From: a bacterium
GTDB taxonomy: Bacteria > Bacteroidota > Bacteroidia > Bacteroidales > Bacteroidaceae
Assembly (NCBI GenBank): GCA_963644485.1
Contig: CAVIOP010000001.1
Location: 1-43,235 of the forward strand
DNA: 43,235 nucleotides
Direction of reading: 5' to 3'
The notes under the pieces were generated by a model. That model saw only the letters and a list, made by a program, of their open reading frames with translations. It made no database searches and was not told the origin of the DNA. Below, piece after piece: positions 19,769-31,700 of this stretch (its first letter is position 1; each line of letters starts with the position of its first letter). A program made the translations under genes and the position numbers.

Positions 19769-19776
19769 TATTTTTG
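19769..19776 (+). promoter_or_regulatory. -7 promoter element (TATTTTTG)
   Basis: TAnnTTTG followed by CA upstream of ATG 19815. Confidence 0.55.
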
Positions 19777-19814
19777 CAGTAGAGAACAGTAAAAACACTT
19801 AAAACACTGTGATT

Positions 19815-20372
19815 ATGAAAAAGATTTCTACCCTGATAACGATGGCTTTTGTGGCCTTGATGACCATGTCGCTCACCTCGTGCGACGAGGATTTGGGCAT
19901 AGCCTATACGCTCGAAGGAACCTGGCGGGGCAACATGTATGTCAGTTCTGCCTACAACGGGCACACCTATAATGCCACTTACACGGAGTTGTGCTTCCTG
20001 CGCGACCCCTATCGCTTCAGTTCGGGCACGGGCTACTGGATAGACTATTACGCCAGTGATGCCCCCTGGCGCTATGTGGCCAACCACACGGAGTGGACCG
20101 TGCACAATGGCGTAATCCGTATTTATCTGGTGGAAGAAGACAGCTATGTGGAGATAGCCGACTATCGTCTTGACGACAATTACTTTGACGGCAGCATCTG
20201 CTACGGCAACACGGTGGTCGACTTCCAGATGAACCATGTGTCGTCGCCCAACTGGAACGACTACTACTATGGCTATGATTATTGGACAGGCTACAACGCC
20301 AAGCCTGCCGATGCGACGCGCTCGGCAAGTGATGACGAGTGCCCTGTGAGGATGTTCGGAAACGGCAAGTGA
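19815..20372 (+). CDS. Hypothetical lipoprotein (lipocalin-like beta-barrel?)
   Basis: Lipobox LTSC followed by acidic DED; LEGTW motif; Tyr-rich. Confidence 0.75.
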   Translation: MKKISTLITMAFVALMTMSLTSCDEDLGIAYTLEGTWRGNMYVSSAYNGHTYNATYTELCFLRDPYRFSSGTGYWIDYYASDAPWRYVANHTEWTVHNGVIRIYLVEEDSYVEIADYRLDDNYFDGSICYGNTVVDFQMNHVSSPNWNDYYYGYDYWTGYNAKPADATRSASDDECPVRMFGNGK

Positions 20373-20418
20373 GCGGTTGGAGATGGAGTGAAACAAAAAC
20401 GACAAGGAGTTTTAAAAC

Positions 20419-21096
20419 ATGAAACGAAATATGAAAACAATGAAGATGATGTGGGCCCTGCTGCTCTTGGCAGTGCCCGTGATGATGACGAGTTGTGACG
20501 ATAGGGATCCCTACTGGTTTGACAACTACGACTACGACTATGGTGGAAACTACCGCAGTGACGACCGGCCCGGCAGCACCGACGACGAGGACTTCTGTGT
20601 CAACATGGCGCAGACATTGGCAGGACAATGGAGCGGAGAGCTCATGGCTTATGAGCTTGACACGGCCGGGGTGGTCTTGGACAGCCTTCTCTACAGCACC
20701 GACATCGAGTTCAAGCAGTATAATAGCAAGAGCATCAGCGGCACGGGCACGCAGTATGACTATGAGATTACCACCGATACCGAGGGCAAGCAGCATATCG
20801 CGGTGGAGCCCTTCACGCGTAACTTCACCTGGTATATCGACCCCAACAATGGCACCATCTACCTGACTTACAAGGAGCAGCAGAGTGACGGCACGACGAA
20901 CGACTACGTGATGACGATTGCCTACGACGACTTGAACCTTGACGACCGTACGTTCACGGGATATCTTTGGTCGGCCGATGGGGCTGAGGTCGATGATTTC
21001 TGGTTCGACCGATACACAGGCGAGAGCAATGCCAAGAGTGCGCAACTTGCGGCCTCCAGCCACAAGGTGACGAGACTGAAACTCGTGTTGCGCTGA
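20419..21096 (+). CDS. Hypothetical lipoprotein, paralog of the upstream gene
   Basis: Lipobox MTSC followed by DDRD; LAGQW motif; several alternative ATGs at the N-terminus. Confidence 0.75.
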   Translation: MKRNMKTMKMMWALLLLAVPVMMTSCDDRDPYWFDNYDYDYGGNYRSDDRPGSTDDEDFCVNMAQTLAGQWSGELMAYELDTAGVVLDSLLYSTDIEFKQYNSKSISGTGTQYDYEITTDTEGKQHIAVEPFTRNFTWYIDPNNGTIYLTYKEQQSDGTTNDYVMTIAYDDLNLDDRTFTGYLWSADGAEVDDFWFDRYTGESNAKSAQLAASSHKVTRLKLVLR

Positions 21097-21120
21097 CAAC
21101 TGGCACAGGCTACAACCCGG

Positions 21121-21165
21121 AGCGGGTCCCAAGGAAGCTATTGCCTCCTTGGGACCCGCTTTCTT
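21121..21165 (+). terminator. Rho-independent terminator
   Basis: AGCGGGTCCCAAGGA ... TCCTTGGGACCCGCT stem followed by TTCTT. Confidence 0.8.
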
Positions 21166-21325
21166 GTAACCCGTCATGTCATTGATTCATTCACTGGAGT
21201 GAACTCCGCCGTAAAGTTTGCTGAACAAGCACGGCGATCATAGTGGTCTGATAAGCCGCAATAAGCCGCGAATGCTTCGGCTCAACATTTTTTATCAAAC
21301 TGACGTGTAATTCGCCTTTTTTATG

Positions 21326-21333
21326 TAAGTTTG
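21326..21333 (+). promoter_or_regulatory. -7 promoter element (TAAGTTTG)
   Basis: TAnnTTTG followed by CA, 30 nt upstream of ATG 21364. Confidence 0.55.
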
Positions 21334-21363
21334 CAATTGGGTAAACAGTGCCCGCCTCATTTT

Positions 21364-22503
21364 ATGCTGATATTTCTGTATAACCTTCTGACCGCCTACA
21401 TCGTTCCGGGCATGATGCTTGCCTTCGGAATAAGCCTTTTCTGCCTTTCCATTCCTGAGAAGGAAAAGCTCAAGAACTATGTGTTCGCCCGCAAGGTGAT
21501 GGGCTCGACATTCCTGGTCTATTGTGGGGCACTCATCTGCGAGGCCGTGACACGCGAGCCGTTTGCGGGCGATTTGCTCAACAGAATGATCGTGATAGCC
21601 ATCGCTGTTACCCAAGCTTTCCTTTTCACCTTCTCGCTCATTTCGCTGCTTGACACCGATACGCTCACCAGGCGTTTGGCGGTCCGTGAGACATTGCTCG
21701 TGGTGGCTGGTATTGGGGTGGCCTTCGGGGCGTTTTCTTCCTGTCCGCAGGAGTGCCGCCAAATGGTCTTTTCATGCTTCTCGCTTGCTTATGTGTTGCT
21801 GATGACGCGTTATGTGGCGATCTTCCGTCGCTATCACAGGCGGTATCTCCTGCTGATGGACAACTATTTCTCAGACGATGAGCGTCAACGGCTCCACTGG
21901 GTGCCTGTGGCTTTCTATAGTGCGCTGGGTGTGGGTGTTGTGGCCCTGCTGTTCGCTTGGCTGATCACTCCGCTCACGCAGTTGCTGTTCATGCTCTCGG
22001 CCACGGTCTATTACTCGGTGTTTGCTGTGAGGTTCATCAATTATGTGAACGTGTTTCCCAAGATCAAGGAGCCCCTCGAAGATCACGTTGTGGAAGCGAC
22101 CGCCATATGTGGCGAAGAGCCTGACACGGGGGCGGGAAACCAGGCGGCCGCCGAGCAGCCGACGGCAGAGGATGAAGCTCTGATGCAGCAAGTCGAGCAA
22201 TTGATGCGGGAACGCGCATTGTACAAGGCTCCCGACTTGTCGATAGCCCATGTGGCAGCCCTCAGCGGCAAGAGCCACCGTCTCGTCTCGCAGGCCATCA
22301 ACCATTGTCGTGGCGTCAATTTTAAGACCTACATCAACGAGTATCGGGTGGTCGAGGCCATCAGGCTCATCGAGGAGGGCTGGCTCAGACAGCATACGCT
22401 CGACGCCCTTGCCTCGGAAAGTGGTTTTGCAAGCAGGGTGAACCTTTATCGCGCGTTCAAGCGAAATACAGGCGTGGCGCCAACCGATTGGGAGGCGAAG
22501 TGA
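21364..22503 (+). CDS. Membrane-anchored AraC-family transcriptional regulator
   Basis: About 7 N-terminal TM helices; C-terminal AraC double HTH (LYKAPDLSI..., NFKTYINEYRV, LASESGFASRVNLYRAFK...G.APT). Confidence 0.88.
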   Translation: MLIFLYNLLTAYIVPGMMLAFGISLFCLSIPEKEKLKNYVFARKVMGSTFLVYCGALICEAVTREPFAGDLLNRMIVIAIAVTQAFLFTFSLISLLDTDTLTRRLAVRETLLVVAGIGVAFGAFSSCPQECRQMVFSCFSLAYVLLMTRYVAIFRRYHRRYLLLMDNYFSDDERQRLHWVPVAFYSALGVGVVALLFAWLITPLTQLLFMLSATVYYSVFAVRFINYVNVFPKIKEPLEDHVVEATAICGEEPDTGAGNQAAAEQPTAEDEALMQQVEQLMRERALYKAPDLSIAHVAALSGKSHRLVSQAINHCRGVNFKTYINEYRVVEAIRLIEEGWLRQHTLDALASESGFASRVNLYRAFKRNTGVAPTDWEAK

Positions 22504-22625
22504 AAGTCATAACAGGTCTATTCCATCCTTGTGGCCAATCGATGAAATGGTGGTTTGGGGTTACACTTTACGCTTTATGTAACCATCAAATTGTTTTTTC
22601 CGCTTAAAATCTCTTAGGGTTCGTT

Positions 22626-22633
22626 TAAATTTG
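22626..22633 (+). promoter_or_regulatory. -7 promoter element (TAAATTTG) for the giant protein gene
   Basis: TAnnTTTG followed by CA, 85 nt upstream of ATG 22719. Confidence 0.6.
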
Positions 22634-22718
22634 CAAAGGGTTGTACCAGCGTAGCGTAGCAAGTTGGTTGCCTCGTTGCGTCAGATAATCCTAACGAAAC
22701 CAATCATTTTAAGCGATT

Positions 22719-25700
22719 ATGAAAGAAAACCATCACTCACAACAGCGCCTCTCGCCACCTCAGGTGGCTAAGGGCAAGCAATGTCTGAGCACGCCGCCTT
22801 GGCGACATGGGCTCTTGGCGTTCCTTCTGCTGCTCATGGCGTTGGCCGTGCCGCGGCATGTGTATGCCGGAGCGCACTTCGGCACAGACTACGGAAGTAA
22901 TTCATACTACAACTCACGCATCAGCCACCATCCGACGGTGGACGAGCCATGGATTACCGTCTATTTCTGGTTCTACGATAGGGTTGGCGGAGACGGCTAT
23001 TTCCTGCACGACGAAACGGAGTCGGGTCACAGTGGACCGGCTGTTTATGTTGATGGCAAATACATCTGCTCGCCCGACTGGGAGCTGGCGTGGGCTTCGG
23101 GCAATGGCAACGCCAGTGGCTTGGAAGACGAGCGAGGCGTCAGCGGATGGTGGGGCAGCACCTACAACAGGAATGTTGACGGCGTGAACTATACCGTACG
23201 CTTCTGGGACCCACGAAGAGTGTATGATCAGTACTGGGTGGAGATGGTCATCTACATGGACAAGATGGCTGTGGCTACCGAGCACGACATCAAGATCCGC
23301 GGTAAGTGGAAGCTCAATGGCGACGGCATCCAGTTTGAGGAACGCACGTTCCGAACCCAAGCTATCAGGAACATATTTACGGACAGCCCAAACTACGAAC
23401 GTACCTATGGCTCGTTGAAGGTGACGAGAAGTACGCTCAACACGAGCTACGGCCCAACCACCGTGGCTATGACTACCGACGCATCTTATTACAAAAACTA
23501 CGGCGGCAAGCGCTACATCGACCCTTCCACGCTAAACAAAGCAGTTTACAAGACCTACAGCAAGGGCGCTTCCACCTATAATGGGCTGACGCTTTCGTAT
23601 GACGAAACGGATGGGGCTTCATTCTATCTATACAGACAAAAATCTATTACTGTAACTCCCAACGATCGACCCAGTACGATCCTATTTGGCTGGCAAGAGG
23701 ATATGCCTTACAGTTATGACGCTCCCCGTAATGTAGCTGCTACCACCGACATGTGGAAAAAACAAATATTATTGACATGGCAAGCCTTTGGCGGTTATTA
23801 TTATGCAAATGGCACATGGAGCATCTACCGTTACCCTGACGGGCACGAAGAGGACAAGATGAAAGTGGCGAGCGAAATACCGTATGATACACGAAAATAC
23901 ACGGACGATGTGCCTGATTACGACCAGGCGTACGTCTATCAGATCTATTTTGTCCCTACCAATTCGCCCGCAGGCAAATTGCTTGACCAAAAGAAGGCTA
24001 CCATCCAAGCTACGCTAACCCGTTTGTTCCCGATTAACATCACAGATGTGGTGTCCGACAAGAAATCCATCACGGTAAAGTGGCAATGTCCCGAGTTCAA
24101 GGGCAACGAAAGCTACAGCTTCAAGCTGCTCCGCACCGAAAGTAAGAACGGAGAGCCGGGAGACGACTGGACGGAGGTGGCCACCGTCAACGTCACCGAC
24201 AAGGGCAAGACGCAATATGAATATACCGACACGCGTGACTTGAAACTCTGCCCCACCTATATATATAAGGTACAGACCACGATGCTCGAGAATAAGCTTT
24301 TCTCAAGCACCAACATTCTGGAGGGCCGCATCACGGGCAACTCACAGGTGACGGCAGTAAACGCCACCAAGGGCGACTACAATGGGTTGGTGAAGGTGTC
24401 GTGGGAGGCCGAGCAAGTGGGGTCCGACGTGACACGCTACGAGGTGGCACGCCGTGTGAAGTGCACCGACACATGGGCCACCATCTACAAGACCAGCGGT
24501 ACCGCCTCGTCATATTATTACGAGGACCAAACAGCCCTTCCCGGTCAGTATTACGACTATAAGGTCGTGAGCATCACCACCTGCGACGGCAGCGACACAC
24601 GCCTTGAGAAAAGCGATGACGGCTTCAGCCGCGCCACTGGCATCGTGTCGGGCCGAATCACCTACGGCACAGGAACCGCTGTGGCTGGCACTCGCGTGGC
24701 CTTGGTGCGTGGTGACGGCTCGCAGCAGCAGGCTGGACAGTTCTATGCCCTCCGCGTGTCGGGAGCCGGCGATGGCGTGTTCCTGGGCAAGGACAGCGAG
24801 ACCCTCAACAAGTACTTCGCCTCCAAGCCCTACACCCTGCAGATGATGGTGCGCCCCGACGACTCGCAGACGGGCACCGCACCCACCATTCTCGACCTTG
24901 GCGGCCAGTTGCAACTGACCCTTGGTGTGGCTGAGGCCCAGGGCTATCCGCTCACCTTAAAGAGCGGCTCCGCTTCGGCAGCCACAGGCATTTACCTGCA
25001 GCCTGACGCCTTTACGTCGCTGACCCTCGCTGTAGATACCACCGGTGCAGCCACTGTGACGGCCGTCAACGTCAACGACACCATTACCGTTGTGTCACTT
25101 GCCGACAAGCTCAACGCCAAGGTGCAGTTTGCCGATGCCGACAACACAGGTCTGTGTCTCGGCGGCAGCTACCAGTCATCGGCCGAGCGTGCCTTCACGG
25201 GCTACATCGATGAGATGCGCGTGTTCAGTGGCAAGGCGTTGAGCCGCGAGGAAATTCTCGCCAACTACAACCATACCCTTTGTGGAACGGAAGACGCCCT
25301 TGTGGCCTACTGGCCCGTCGACGAAGGCTTCAGCGGACAGACCACCGCCTACGACTACTCGAAGACGAGTGGTGTGGCCAATGGCAACCATGCACGTCTC
25401 GGTGCCGGCACCTTGCCCACGGATGGCATCATCCCCACGTCGCACCAGCTTGGGCTCTTTGCCATGACCGACACGCAAGGCAACTTTGTCATCCGTGGCG
25501 TGCCGTTCACAGGCGAAGGCACCAACTATATGGTCATCCCCGCCTTGGGTGTGCATGAGTTCTCGCCAACCTATTCCACACGCTACGTCAGCGCCTCGTC
25601 GCTTGTGCATAGCGGAGTCGATTTCACCGACGTGTCATCGTTCCCTGTGTCGGGCACCGTCTTCTACGAAGGCACCGATTATCCCGTGGAGGGCTGCACG

Positions 25701-28700
25701 TTCTATGTCGATGGCACGATATGCAGTTGCGACGGCGAACTCATACAGTCGGCCGAGGACGGCACATTCACCATCAGCGTACCCATAGGCGACCACTTCA
25801 TACAGGTGAAGAAGGACGGTCATGTGTTTGCATCAGCAGGACGCTACCCAGCCGACCCGAACGGAGCCGGCGTGAAGATTACGTTCGACCGCGAGATAAA
25901 GAACATGGAGTTCATCGACCAGACGCTCGTCAACTTCACGGGCCGTGTGGTAGGTGGAAGCATTGAGGGCGAGAAGTCAGTTGGATTCGGCGCAAGCCAT
26001 AACAACATCGGCATCACCGAACTCGTGCTCAGCCCCACCAACGACCGCTATCGCCTCAATGTGGTGAAGAAGGTGAACGGCACGTCGTATAGCTACGAAA
26101 CCAATACCGCCAAGGCTACCGTACAATCGGCCACCAGTACCATTGCCAGCCATTCATGGCGCGGAGTGGGCGATGCCGCCAAGAAGATCTTCATACGTAC
26201 CGACTCGCTCACGGGTGAGTTCTCTGCCATGGTGCCACCGCTGATGTATCATGTGGAGAGCATGAAGGTCGTGGCAACCGGCCTGAGCGTTGGCGACGCC
26301 ACCACCGTCGATGCCACCAATCCGCTTGTGGAGTTGACCGACACCTTGGTCACAGAGGATGGAGTGCATCAGGAGTATGCCTACAACTGCAAGCTTAGCC
26401 AGACCTATCACAGCGCACCCTCGTTCACCGTCACCCAGCGTGGCCACGACGACGGAGCCTTCGGCTTGTCGCAGTATGAGATTGAGGATGCCAGCGGCAA
26501 GCTCGCCATCGATGATATCTACACCATCGACACTAACGGAAAGGTGACCTACAACTACGGCGGTGCCATCTTCGAAAGCGAGGAAAACTACACCTTCGAC
26601 CTCAAAGGCTTCGAGGAGTATGTCAACCACGACGTGAAGAACCGGCCCGTGGCATCGCATGTGCCACTCAACGGCACTGTGGTGACCATCAACAACGCCC
26701 TCTCTGCCTCACAGAAGGTCTACCTTGAGAACAACACGGCTGGTAAACCTGCCGGTTCGTTGGTGGAGCTGGAGAGCAACCAACTGCAGCTTGACAGTTT
26801 GGGTTGCGCCGTGTACCAGTGGAAGGCTGGCCTGCCCAACATCACCGCACCTTACTCGCGCACCCTCTCCATCAGCTACGACATCGATGACCGCACCTAT
26901 AACTGGGACGGCAGTGGCATGAACGGCATCATTCTCGGTTCGCTGCCCACAGGCAACAACTTCGTGACCAGCGGCCCCGACATGGTGGAGATGATCCTGC
27001 GCGACCCACCGGGAACAGGGTCGAGCGCCGAGTGGACCAGTGGCAGTGTGACCTCCACGTCGAGCAGCAAGGGAAGCGTGTGGACGTCTGACAGTGAGGT
27101 CCTCACCACCACCAAGTTTGGCGTCAAGGTGAGCTCGGTGAAGGGTACCATAGGCTTTGGCCTGATCAGCAACCTTCAGAGTGTCCACGACCTGAACGTG
27201 GGTGTGCATGTCACCACCGAGGGCGAGAACGCCAACACCTGGAGCCGCACCGTCACGACAACGCGAACCATCGCCACCTCGGCCGCACCCGAGTATGTGG
27301 GCGCCAACGGAGACGTGTTCATCGGCTCTGCCACCAACATCATCTACGGCCTGGCGCGCGACATCAACTTCCGCCGACAGGCGGCGACGGGCAAGGCCGC
27401 GCTCGAGCTGAAGGACATCATCACCACGGGCCTCGACTTCAAGACCATGTTCAACTACACGACCAACTATGTGGAGAATGTATTGTTGCCCAACCTGCGC
27501 GCCATGCGCAACAGTCTGCTGCAGACCATTGCCAGCACCCAGGGCTACAACAACACGACAGACCATCCCATCTACCTCACCACGCTTGCAGCAGACGACC
27601 CACGCTTCGGCAGTTCCAACCACGACAAGAAGGTGTGGGGAGCGCAGGCCAAGGAAGGGGTGTCGACCAGCGGACCGTCGTACACCATGGTCGTGCCCAA
27701 CAAGACCGAGAGCTTCCAAGACTCGGTGGAGTGGTGCAACTCGCAGATCAGGATATGGGAGAGCACGCTCGCCCTGAACGAGAAGGAGAAGGTGCTCGCC
27801 TATGAGAACCGCGAGGAACACATCGACAAAAACTTCTCGTTCGACGCGGGAAGTAGCGTCAACATGAGCATGCAGACAGAGGAAAGCAGTGGCACAACCC
27901 ATGACTGCACGGTGACGGGCGCGGTCGTGCTAGGCACCACGTTTGGCGTGTCGATCAACGACACGGGTGTGCTGTGGAACATCTCCACGCAGACCGGCGG
28001 TGGCACGCACGAAGTGTCAGAGAGCACCACGACGGAGCTGGCATCCTTCAGCTACACCCTTGCAGAGGAAGGCGACGATGATGCCCTGACAGTCGATGTG
28101 TACAAGTACGGTGCTTACTCGCCCATCTTCCGCACGCGTGGCGGACAGACTTCTGGTCCGTATGAGGGCGAAGTGAAGACCAAGTATTATCAGCCTGGCA
28201 CCACCATCATGGAGGCCACCATGCAAATCGAGATGCCGCAGATTACGGTGGATGTGCCTGTGGTGAGCAATGTGCCTACGGGTAGCGCCGCCAACTACAC
28301 GCTGCGCCTCACCAACGCCTCGGAGATTGACGAGGACGTCTACTACAAACTCCTGATGATCGACGAGAGCAATCCTGACGGTGCCAAGATCACCATCGAT
28401 GGCATGCCGCTCACTGACAACCGCATCATTAAGATTCCTGCAGGAGAAACGGTCACCAAGGCCATGCAGCTCTGGCAGACCAACACCAGTGTGCTCGACT
28501 ACAAGAACATCGGCATCGTGCTCGCCTCACAGTCGCAATACGACCCAACGAGCACATGGGACCAGATTGCCGACACCGTATACGTAACGGCGCAGTTCGT
28601 GCCCTCATCATCAGCCGTGACGATGAAGCTCGACCACACGACGCTCAACTCGCAGACCGGCGACGACCTGAACATCTTGTTCAGCCAGTTCGACCGCGAC

Positions 28701-31700
28701 TACCACAACCTCAAGGCGTTCCGCATACAGTATCGCAAGCAGGGCGACACCGACTGGACGCTCGTGCGTGAGTATGTGCTTAACGAAGCCGACAAGACCC
28801 AGAACAACGAGATGCTTCCCAGTACAGCCACAGTGTCGTATAAATTGCCAATGCGCAACTTCAGCGATGGCGACTACATCTTCCGCGTGCTCTCCGTGAG
28901 CGCATACGGCAACGAGGAGGTGTGCAACAGCAGTGAAGAGTTGGCCCTCGTGAAGGACATGCAGCGCCCGCAGCCGCTTGGTATGCCGACACCTGCCAAC
29001 GGCATCCTGTCGCCAGGCGACGATGTGAGCGTCGAGTTCAACGAGAACTTCCTCAAGGGCGAGCTTACGAAGGCCGCCAACTTCATCGTCACCGGTGTGC
29101 TCAATGGCTCAGAGGTGTCGCACGCCACCGCTCTCGGCATGACAGGAACGGAGTGCGCCGCCCAGACCGAAGCCGACATCAATCTGGCGGGCAAGAGTTT
29201 TGCCATCGACGCTTGGGTGAACCTCAAGGGCGCTGGCACCTTGCTGGCCCACGGAAGGGGACAGCAGAAGTTCGTGGCCGGCGTGGACGATGGCCGTCAT
29301 CTCCGTGTGAAGATAGGCGACAGCGTCTATACGTCGAAGGCTGAGATGCCGACAGGCAAGTGGGCCTACCTGACGATGAGCTATGCCGTTACAGCCAAGG
29401 GCTGCACGCTGAAGGCTGCCGTGGCTGAAGATGCCACCACCACCGACCTCTTTACCGACCAAGCCGTGGCCGCATACGACGGCAATGGGCCGCTCGCCAT
29501 CGGGCAGGGCATGACGGGAGCCATTCATGAGCTCACGCTCTGGGATGAGGCTCACGACATGACTGCAGCTCTGATGGAGAAGAACAAGACCAAGAATCCG
29601 GCCACACGCCATCTCATCGGGTACTGGAAGATGGATGAGGGAGAAGGCACTGTCGTCACCGACTATGCCCGCAACCGACACCTGCACCTGACGGGCGAGC
29701 ATTGGTATCTTAACAATGAGAACAAGGCCATCGCACTCGACGGCACATCGCATCTCGACATTCCCACCGCCGACGTATCGCCGCTTGCCGCCGACAACTG
29801 CGCTATCGAACTGTGGATGCGTGCCGACAGGCAGAAGGGTGAAACCCAGCTGCTGCAGGCGGGCGAGGTGTCGCTGTGGATGACCGCCGATGGTGTGCTG
29901 CAACTCACATCGGGTGCCAACACCTTAGCTGCCGGAGCCACATCGCTCCACGACAAGGATTGGCACCACGTGGCGCTCAATATCCTGCGCAACGGCAATG
30001 CGGCCGTCTATGTGGATGGTGAGCGCACGCTGGCCACCAGCGTGGCGGCCATCGGAACGACGGCAAGCGACTGCATGGTTGTGGGCGCGCGCCGCACGCA
30101 CGCCGCAGACGGAAGCTATCAGTACGACCGGCAGTTTGTGGGTGCCGTCGACGAGATTCGCCTGTGGAACGCCACCCTTACGGCCGACCTTCTCAAGGCG
30201 CGCAGCAAGAAGCGGCTCACAGGAACGGAGCAGGGCCTCGTGGCCTACTACCCATTTGAAACAAAGACGCTCGACGCCTACAATCAGGTGGTGACCGTGG
30301 GAACCGACGACGACATGCTGCGTCCTGGCCACAAGGCCGTCTACGCCGATGCCCTCGCCTTCACTGATGTGGCTCCGGCTCTCCGGGAGGCCCCGGCCGA
30401 GACCAACGTCGACTTCTCATTCACGGCAAGCGACAATAAGATTGTCATCAACCTCAATGAGAACCCAGCCTCGCTCGCAGCCTGCACACTCAACTTCACC
30501 GTGCGCGACTTGCGAGATGTCAACGGCAACCGCTCGTTGCCAGTGAGTTGGAGCGCCTTTGTCAACAACAACGAACTGGTGTGGAACGAGAATGCCTTGG
30601 TCGTGACGAAGAGGGTGGGAGAGAGCCTCACCTTCGATGCCACCTTTGCCAACAGGGGTGGAAAGCAGCAGATGTGGAGCCTCAGTGGCATGCCGTCGTG
30701 GCTCAAGTCGAGTGCGACGTATGGCACGGTGGACGCGCTCGGAAACGAAACCCTGACGTTCGAGGTGACAGAGGCCACACCCGTGGGCAAGTATGAGGAG
30801 ACCCTGTACCTCACCGACAATGATGGAATCACCGTGCCGCTCACGCTCATCGTCACGGTCGATGGCGACAAGCCTTCGTGGACGGTCGACAAGGGACGGT
30901 ATGAGAGCACGATGAGCATCATTGCAACACTCTCTGTGCTCGGTCAGCCGAGCTACGACGCTGACGACATCGTGGCTGTGTTTGTCGGTGATGAATGCCG
31001 AGTAGTGGCTCACCCGTCCTATAACCAGCGTTACGACAACAGCTTCGTGCTGCTTGATGTCTATGGCAACGCCGAAGACACAGGCAAGCCACTGGTCTTC
31101 AAGGTCTATGATGCCAGTACGGGCATCATGTATCCGGTGACGACGACCTCGCAGGAGGTGTCCTTCGGAGCCAACGTGCTTGTGGGCAATTATGCCGAAC
31201 CGCTGCTCATCGATGCGGCCGGCAAGATGGAACAGGCGTCTCTTCTCAACAAGGGATGGAACTGGATGTCGTTCTATGTCAAGGCCGACAATATGAACGT
31301 GAGAGATGTGTTTGCCAGTGTGGCCGATGGCTTGGAAACCGTGAAGGCCAAGGATGTGTTTGCCAATTGTGACCAAGGCTCCTGGTATGGCAAGACCTTC
31401 GATGTCGACAACCGCTCGATGTATAAGGTGCGCATGGCAGCCCCCGAGACGCTAAGGCTCATTGGCAGCCAGGGCTCCCAGGACGACCGTGCCATCACCG
31501 TGGTGCCGGGCTGGAACTGGATAGCCTACAACCACATGCAGACCGCCTCGGTAGCCGACGCCCTGGCTGGCATGGACCCGCAAGACGGTGACCTGGTGAA
31601 GGGACAATATGGATTTGCCCTCTTCGACGGGTATGAGTGGACAGGGTCGCTCAAGGCATTGGTGCCCGGACAGGGCTACATGCTCAAGAGCGTCGGAACG

